Notes under the pieces: model-generated
Seen by the model: the letters and a program-made list of their open reading frames with translations, nothing else
The model's database searches: none
What the model was told of the DNA's origin: nothing
Shown: piece by piece, positions 56,933 through 62,690 of the stretch
Numbering within the stretch: the first letter of the stretch is position 1
Layout of the letters: each line of letters opens with the position of its first letter
Origin: an uncultured Candidatus Poseidoniales archaeon
Lineage (GTDB): Archaea > Thermoplasmatota > Poseidoniia > Poseidoniales > Poseidoniaceae
Reading direction: 5' to 3'
NCBI GenBank assembly: GCA_964412625.1
Contig: CAYPPO010000005.1
Span: 1 to 62,690, forward strand
Length of the DNA stretch: 62,690 bases
Position numbers and translations under genes: made by a program

Positions 56933-57424
56933 TTCTAATTCAGCATCTACAGGTTGATTTGCCGTCTCACCTTTACGCTTCTGTAGACCATAAATAAGGA
57001 TGGCAGCGCCGATGGGATATATGATGAAATCTAGCATCAACGTACGGCTAATATCAGCATCAATTTCTATCGATCCGTAATCTACACTTATTTCGATTAA
57101 ATATTCACCATATTCTTTGGACTCCAAAGTAGGCATAGATTTTGTTTCCCCCGAAGTCATGGTGAATTGCTCATCTTCAATTGATTCTGAATCTAAGAAT
57201 ATCTCTACATTAACTCGGGAATCCGTAAGCGCTTGGTAGTCTAGTATCAGTTTGTCGCCCTTGAGGAGATAAACTGATTTTTCGTACTTGGACTGACCGT
57301 CTGCGTCAATCTGCGCATTTTCAACCCATCCATGCATAATGAAACCGGCGCATAGCATGCCGATGCCCACAAGAATGAGGACATCGCTAAACTTCATCGC
57401 ATCCGCACTGCCACCAGCCCCCAT
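56927..57424 (-). CDS. Hypothetical two-TM membrane protein with extracytoplasmic beta domain
   Basis: N- and C-terminal hydrophobic helices flank a beta-rich acidic loop. Confidence 0.65.
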   Translation of the reverse strand: MGAGGSADAMKFSDVLILVGIGMLCAGFIMHGWVENAQIDADGQSKYEKSVYLLKGDKLILDYQALTDSRVNVEIFLDSESIEDEQFTMTSGETKSMPTLESKEYGEYLIEISVDYGSIEIDADISRTLMLDFIIYPIGAAILIYGLQKRKGETANQPVDAELEL

Positions 57425-57461
57425 GGTCAGGACTCAACAACACAGACACATGAATTCTTCC

Positions 57462-57797
57462 TTATCGAAGATTAGAGAGTCTTTGCCTGACAAGTCTAAT
57501 TTTGCCGCTTGTTGTTAGACTCATAATGCCAATTTTGTCTAATGATTCAACATTAGATATAGATTCTCTGAATTCTTGGTAGTCTGTCAAAGGAATCTGG
57601 ATTACAGCAGTACCACAACCATCGGCAAGTGCATGTTGATTGAAATCAATTAATTTAGGAGTTGCTGACAATTGCAAATCAGTGGAAATGGTTTCAAGAA
57701 TCTTTTTTGTTTCACTCCTAGATGATACTTCGGCAGAGATTTGCACCCCAATCCAACGTCGCTTCCCGCGTAGTGCCTTCGAGAGACGTTTGGCCAT
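57462..57797 (-). CDS. RNase P protein component, Rpp14/Pop5 family
   Basis: KALRGKRRWIGVQI N-terminus, GTAVIQI and TTSGKIRLVRQRL C-terminus. Confidence 0.7.
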   Translation of the reverse strand: MAKRLSKALRGKRRWIGVQISAEVSSRSETKKILETISTDLQLSATPKLIDFNQHALADGCGTAVIQIPLTDYQEFRESISNVESLDKIGIMSLTTSGKIRLVRQRLSNLR

Positions 57798-57877
57798 AGC
57801 CTTCGTTACCGGGGATTTCTCTTAATTTCTTTGGATAATATGAAATCTAAACCCCATCTCGGTTACTATGTCGCAAT

Positions 57878-59260
57878 ATGCTAGAGAGTTCGGAATCAGA
57901 CAAACATAGCGCTGAATCAGGAGATGATTTGCTATCAATATACGAACAACAAAGCGTCTCGATGTTTAGTCTAATCAAAACATTACTAGCAACTGCTACA
58001 ATGCCACACATCATCCTTATCATCTTACTTTCAGTGATTTTTTACGTAATTGCCAGAATAGATTCCATGACTGTTTTCGCCGCAATGGCGTTCACTAGCC
58101 TCTCTGTATCTTACGCAATAACTGCACTGTTGATTAGAAATAAGACTGTAAAAAACTGGGTAACTCCAAACGAACAGAACTCACATGATGATTTAGCAAT
58201 GATCATGCGAGTAATCTTGCGATTTCGAATTTGCTTGTTGCCGTTGATTTCTGCAATTTTTATACTTATCTTGATTGTTTTAACTACTGGTGAAAACGGT
58301 ATTATCGCTAACGCTAACAAATCGATTCCGTTGGCTCTTGGAATGTTATTCGTTGCTTGGTCAATAGTGCAAGGAACCTCGTTCGCACAGTGGGCATCAA
58401 CAACGAGTGCCAAGAAGTTTCATACTGGTAAAAAAATGAGCAAGATTAGTACATCCATTGTGATATTAAGCGTAATTGTTGGCTCTGTTAGTTTATTGCT
58501 AGCGTGCCTCTTCTATCAACTGGAAGATTTCAACAATTTATTATCTGAATCATTGTTAGAAAGTATTCCGTTCACCCTCAGTGCCCTTGGCGTAACATTT
58601 GTCAGCCTCAGTTACTCCTGGAAGTACAAAAAACTCTCATCCATGAAACCAAGGTTACAAAAATTTAGTCATAGATGGACTGTTTTGTGCCACTTGTTCA
58701 TAACTTGGCACCTGCTTACTATATGGCGTCAGAACTTCATGCAGCCATCGATTCTCCAAGTATTCATCGAGGAAATTGCATTGATGATCTTCACTGTATT
58801 TGTGGCAATTTGGTCGATGACCGCAAAAGGATACAAAAGCAAATTCAAGCTCATAACGGAAGAAAATGCGCTGACTTGGGGGCTCGCATTCGGATACGCA
58901 TACGCGGGAAGTGTAGCGATGCTGACTACATTTTTTGACGACATCAAGGTTGTGATGTCAATCGGTCACGCAGTCGTCGTAATTACGATATTTTATGTTC
59001 ACAAACTTGTACTTGGAAAAGTAATCCAAAAGGATAACACAAGTGTTGATGTGAAGCGAATCGTGGGAGATACAGAAGCATCGAAAATTACAGAAGAAAA
59101 ACAGATTGAATTAGTACAAACTAAATTAAAATCTAGCACAACAACAAAGCAAGAATCTGCTGAGGTTTGGCAGGAAGACAATGACGTTGATTGGGATAGC
59201 GAGAAAAAACAGGTTCAAATCGATGATATCGAATGGGATGAAACAATTGATTTGGATTAA
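57878..59260 (+). CDS. Multi-pass membrane protein, hypothetical
   Basis: About 10 hydrophobic helices and an acidic C-terminal tail with repeated W-D/E motifs. Confidence 0.75.
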   Translation: MLESSESDKHSAESGDDLLSIYEQQSVSMFSLIKTLLATATMPHIILIILLSVIFYVIARIDSMTVFAAMAFTSLSVSYAITALLIRNKTVKNWVTPNEQNSHDDLAMIMRVILRFRICLLPLISAIFILILIVLTTGENGIIANANKSIPLALGMLFVAWSIVQGTSFAQWASTTSAKKFHTGKKMSKISTSIVILSVIVGSVSLLLACLFYQLEDFNNLLSESLLESIPFTLSALGVTFVSLSYSWKYKKLSSMKPRLQKFSHRWTVLCHLFITWHLLTIWRQNFMQPSILQVFIEEIALMIFTVFVAIWSMTAKGYKSKFKLITEENALTWGLAFGYAYAGSVAMLTTFFDDIKVVMSIGHAVVVITIFYVHKLVLGKVIQKDNTSVDVKRIVGDTEASKITEEKQIELVQTKLKSSTTTKQESAEVWQEDNDVDWDSEKKQVQIDDIEWDETIDLD

Positions 59261-60174
59261 TTTTCAGGGATACCAGACAGGAGCGTTACAACCCGCATTA
59301 CGCCATGTAAGTCTTCACTTACTCTCGCACCTAGGATTACTTGGGCATCGGAATCAAGCGCGTTAGTGAATAACCTTGCTACTGTATCAACTTGACTCAA
59401 AGTCATGCCTAGACCACCCTCTATTTGAATCAGGCAACCGGTCGCGCCCCCAACATCAAGCGCCGCTAGAGGGGCCATAAGCGCTGAATCAAGAATTTTT
59501 TCAGGCTCATTAGGATCTCCCATTCCAACTAGCAAAGTGGATTTACCGGCCTGTTCCACTATCGCCCTTAAATCCATCAAATCAAGATTTATCAAGCCCA
59601 TTCTAAGAAGGGTTCTAACAAGGCCGTCTACTAAATCTTCTACCCATTCAGCGCCCATTTGCCACGACCGACCTTTTTCCCTTGCTTGTCTTGCTAATCG
59701 TTCCAATGACAAGCGCGCAGTGACGTGCGCAAAGCTATCCAATCGAGCAAACCCTTCTTCTGCGATTACTTGTCGAGTTGATTGTATGTCAAACGGCATT
59801 GCAGCAACGGCAATAACCATTGCTCCGGACAACCTTGCTTGACGAGCAAACTCTTGCGCAGCACCAGTGCCAGTACCACCTCCAAGGCCAGTCAACAAAA
59901 TCACTAACTCGACAGGTTCCATCAATTTTCTCACCACGGCTGACACGCTTCGCATCCTTTGCTCAGCAAGCGGGGGTAAAGCAGCACAACCGAGTTTATC
60001 GACGACTGAACCCAGTCGCAATACATGGCCTTGCTGAATTGAAGAAAAACTTTCATCATCAGCATCAATCAGCAGGATGTCTGCTTCAGAATCACATCGA
60101 GACCAAGCCCCTTTGGCCCATGAACAGCCTAAGCCGCCCACCCCGGCAATCAAAATCTGAGATGATTCCATCAA
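59257..60174 (-). CDS. Divergent FtsZ/tubulin-family GTPase without C-terminal tail
   Basis: GVGGLG (T1), GLGGGTGTG signature (T4), AMPF, GLINLDLMD (T7), ALDVGGATGCLIQIEGG and QVILGA. Confidence 0.85.
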   Translation of the reverse strand: MMESSQILIAGVGGLGCSWAKGAWSRCDSEADILLIDADDESFSSIQQGHVLRLGSVVDKLGCAALPPLAEQRMRSVSAVVRKLMEPVELVILLTGLGGGTGTGAAQEFARQARLSGAMVIAVAAMPFDIQSTRQVIAEEGFARLDSFAHVTARLSLERLARQAREKGRSWQMGAEWVEDLVDGLVRTLLRMGLINLDLMDLRAIVEQAGKSTLLVGMGDPNEPEKILDSALMAPLAALDVGGATGCLIQIEGGLGMTLSQVDTVARLFTNALDSDAQVILGARVSEDLHGVMRVVTLLSGIPEN

Positions 60175-60208
60175 TGTGTGGTAGTATTGATGCTCAATGA
60201 ACTTTCGC

Positions 60209-60508
60209 TCACTTTTCGATGTACCTTAGATATCGTCTTCTAGAATCACGAGCCCAAGCATTATCCGGTTCGAGTGCCAATACTCGATCGTAGTACTTGA
60301 CTGCAGTACTGAATTCTGATAGATAACGACCGTATAGATGGCCTAGGTTGGATAACACTGGAATGCATTTATCATCTTGGTTCAACATATCCAAGAGTAA
60401 TTCTTCAGCGTTACCAAGATCGTTTTTTAGCATCATTTCCTCGGCTTTTTCCAAATCTAACAGCTGTTTTTCAGACAATTCATAGGTATTATCGAACGGG
60501 GTCGGCAT
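60209..60508 (-). CDS. Small TPR-repeat protein
   Basis: VLSNLGHLY...AVKYYDRVLALEPDNAWA TPR pattern. Start taken at ATG 60508. Confidence 0.8.
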   Translation of the reverse strand: MPTPFDNTYELSEKQLLDLEKAEEMMLKNDLGNAEELLLDMLNQDDKCIPVLSNLGHLYGRYLSEFSTAVKYYDRVLALEPDNAWARDSRRRYLRYIEK

Positions 60509-60578
60509 CGCTATCAAAATGCACAAAAACTGCCTGTTTTTGAACTATTCCCTTTAATAAGTATTTTAAGCCGGTTTT

Positions 60579-60595
60579 CGACCTATATAAGGTCG
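60579..60595. promoter_or_regulatory. Inverted repeat enclosing a TATA-like core
   Basis: CGACCT-ATATA-AGGTCG in the divergent intergenic region before the Reeler/Rieske genes. Confidence 0.3.
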
Positions 60596-60681
60596 GGCAA
60601 AAACGAGGCACTGCGGATTAATCCGACCACTAAATTTGGTAATGTTTAAAGGGTTCACACCGGTGGCATATTTAACTGGGT

Positions 60682-61506
60682 GTGTCAATGCTGCGCAAGC
60701 CTATCTCCAATCGCCTTGCGCTAGGCACCATGTTGTTGATTTTGCTGACACTTCCAGGCATTGCTTCATCCTACCATGGCGGCATTGGTGGCGAACAAAT
60801 TAACGCTGGTGAAACCATTGATGATGTCGCAAAAGAAGGCTGCTTGTGCCACAATGCAGTCGCAGACAATACCGTCCAGATAATTCTCGATGATGTCCCC
60901 TATGCTTGGGAAGCCGGTCAAATCTATGAGTTAAAACTGCAAATAATTGGCGGTCCTGCCGCAGCAAGCCCATGGACTGCAGGATTCTCCATGCGAGTTT
61001 CTGATGGCATACTGTCCGGTGAGAACCTGCAAAACTGGGAAGATGATCCAACAACGTTGACTCAAACAGAAGCAGCTGCGGGAGGAAGTGACAGATTATG
61101 GATGCTATCTTGGGAAGCTCCCGTGGCCGATACAGGCGTAGTTGACTTTTGGATAACTGGCAATGCGGTCAACGGAGACCAAGGACCAGGACCTGAGGAT
61201 AAGTGGAATCAACTCATTTTCGCGCTACAAGAAGGCGACGAAAAAACCACTGCTATGGGCACTAGAACCCTGTTTGCTGGAGATGGTAACGTCAGTCCGC
61301 CTGAGCCTCAAGAGACGGGGGTTGACCTCAAGCACATGGGAGCAGAATTTAGAGCGCACGTTCTCGGATTGCTAGGATTTGGCGCAGTAATTGCAGTAGT
61401 ACTGTTCTCTGGACTTATGCTAAGATACAGTTTTTCGTCTTCATACAAGGGAAGAAGCAACCAGTTGCGCTTGCGTTACAAGATAAGAAGAAGAGGTGAT
61501 CAGTGA
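60682..61506 (+). CDS. Secreted Reeler-like (choice-of-anchor V) domain protein with CxCH motif and C-terminal TM
   Basis: Signal peptide, GCLCH (CLCH at 60841-60852), AGF, W..SWEAP...G.VDFWITGNAVNGD...DKWN, TM helix. Confidence 0.75.
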   Translation: MSMLRKPISNRLALGTMLLILLTLPGIASSYHGGIGGEQINAGETIDDVAKEGCLCHNAVADNTVQIILDDVPYAWEAGQIYELKLQIIGGPAAASPWTAGFSMRVSDGILSGENLQNWEDDPTTLTQTEAAAGGSDRLWMLSWEAPVADTGVVDFWITGNAVNGDQGPGPEDKWNQLIFALQEGDEKTTAMGTRTLFAGDGNVSPPEPQETGVDLKHMGAEFRAHVLGLLGFGAVIAVVLFSGLMLRYSFSSSYKGRSNQLRLRYKIRRRGDQ

Positions 61507-61949
61507 TGGATGACGCAATTACCAAGTTGTTGCGCGGCGTAGCACGTGGAGATATCAGCATCGATGATGCTAGAAAATCTCTCGAAGATGCTTCATTGAC
61601 CGAAGAGCAGATGGAAATGGCTATTGACAAAGGAGTTTTTACCGAGGCAGATATGGGCTCCGTAGTTAGCGCAAAACTAGCACCGTCTGGAGCATCTTAC
61701 CTCACTATGTTTTTCTTCATTTGGGGTATTTTCTGGGCATGCTATTGGATGTTTTCATTAATCTACGGGCTGGCCAATGATTGGGACCAGCGCCAATTAG
61801 CATTCCACCTCGCAATAGGAATTACAACACTGATACTGATGGGGTTAGTTTATCTCAGATTCATCCTTCCAGATACAATTATTGTCAAGCATGCGATTAA
61901 CAAATTTATTCCAGAACATGAGAAGGACTGGAAAGAATACAAGGTGTGA
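61503..61949 (+). CDS. Hypothetical two-TM membrane protein
   Basis: Overlaps the upstream stop (GTGATG); two hydrophobic helices; co-oriented with the Rieske gene. Confidence 0.7.
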   Translation: MMDDAITKLLRGVARGDISIDDARKSLEDASLTEEQMEMAIDKGVFTEADMGSVVSAKLAPSGASYLTMFFFIWGIFWACYWMFSLIYGLANDWDQRQLAFHLAIGITTLILMGLVYLRFILPDTIIVKHAINKFIPEHEKDWKEYKV

Positions 61950-61954
61950 TTTAG

Positions 61955-62690
61955 TTGGCGAGGGAATACGATCTAAAACCAGCTCCGTCACTAAGCGATA
62001 GTGATTCAGTTCTTGGTGGTAGTAAAGTAATCAACCGTCGGCAATTCCTCAAATATGGTTTCAATACCGCCACAGGAGTTCTCGCTGCGTCCCTTGGTGT
62101 TCTAGGTTTTTCAGCGATTCTATTGCCACCCGGAGCAGATTCGGGAGGGAGCAACAATGGCGTTATATTTTGGGCCAAAGGTAGAGAAGATGAAGCATGG
62201 TATGGTGCAAAACATGAACTGGCAATGACTAGACAAGACTTCGTTGATGAAGCAGCAAAGTCATCCACTGGAACAGCCGGTGCGGCTGGAATCTGGGCAG
62301 GAGTGCCAGTAATTGTTGTTTATGTAGACCACACGAAGAACAAAGATTTACCGGATTCAAGTGGTAAGGCAAGATTCCAAATGATGGAAGGGTATGACGA
62401 AACAGGAAAGCGGATTGGACACTTTGAGGACATGTCTGACTTAGATCCTAGGATATTCCCGAGTGACAACCTAGTGATAATTTATGGACGCTGTACACAC
62501 TTATGCTGCATACCAGGTTGGCAGTTAGTTTCTAATTCTTTCACAGACGACTCATGGACGCCAGGCGGAACTGATGATGGTGGAACCAAGTTATTTTGTA
62601 TCTGTCATTCATCAAGATTTGACCCGACTGCTTTAGAGATGAATTCAAACAGAAACCGTGCTAATGGCGCCACATTTAACTATGCCGGGA
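61955..62690 (+). CDS. Rieske [2Fe-2S] protein of a bc-type complex, Tat-exported, truncated by the window end (not in ORF track)
   Basis: Hand translation from TTG 61955: MAREYDLK...NRRQFLKYG (twin-Arg), TM anchor, box 1 CTHLCC and box 2 CICHSSRFD. No stop before the window end. Confidence 0.9.
   Translation, partial: MAREYDLKPAPSLSDSDSVLGGSKVINRRQFLKYGFNTATGVLAASLGVLGFSAILLPPGADSGGSNNGVIFWAKGREDEAWYGAKHELAMTRQDFVDEAAKSSTGTAGAAGIWAGVPVIVVYVDHTKNKDLPDSSGKARFQMMEGYDETGKRIGHFEDMSDLDPRIFPSDNLVIIYGRCTHLCCIPGWQLVSNSFTDDSWTPGGTDDGGTKLFCICHSSRFDPTALEMNSNRNRANGATFNYAG

Noticed and set aside
61951-62268. 105-aa minus-strand ORF
   Set aside because: Antisense to the Rieske gene, which is the real CDS and runs off the window.

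Overview
A 62.7 kb chromosomal segment from an archaeon, most consistent with Marine Group II Euryarchaeota (Ca. Poseidoniales, Thermoplasmatota). The lineage call is an inference from: an unsplit rpoB in the rpoH-rpoB-rpoA'-rpoA''-rpl30e operon; archaeal markers (aCPSF1, proteasome beta, eS1, PurP-like, Pop5); bacterial-type acquisitions (Ni-SOD sodN/sodX, PlsC, ThyA-DHFR, 7Fe ferredoxin); and giant membrane-anchored surface proteins. The RNA genes are absent from the ORF track: a type A RNase P RNA (946-1246, minus), tRNA-Lys(CTT), tRNA-Pro(TGG) and tRNA-Lys(TTT). Two CDS are also missing from the track: a 37-aa CxxC/CPxCG zinc-finger microprotein and a Rieske protein truncated by the window end. 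I see no transposase, integrase, prophage or CRISPR array. The standout is a eukaryote-type Cid1/TUT4-7/TRF4-family terminal nucleotidyltransferase (about 37165-39231). It has an intact catalytic triad and the histidine associated with UTP selection, is fused to an archaeal COG1340-like coiled coil, and lies in a tight run of co-oriented genes (coiled-coil, GNAT, Roadblock, COG1340). This is a candidate archaeal RNA 3'-uridylation system. Other notable items: a shared HhH-like module on the N-termini of Rpo5 and Rpo1C, a Cys-containing insertion in Rpo1N, an eS1-SAP fusion, a HemK-BirA fusion, a PdaD homolog lacking its pyruvoyl serine, an apparently circularly permuted CE4-like protein, and a divergent tail-less FtsZ. 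All family calls come from motif recognition by eye; no searches were run.
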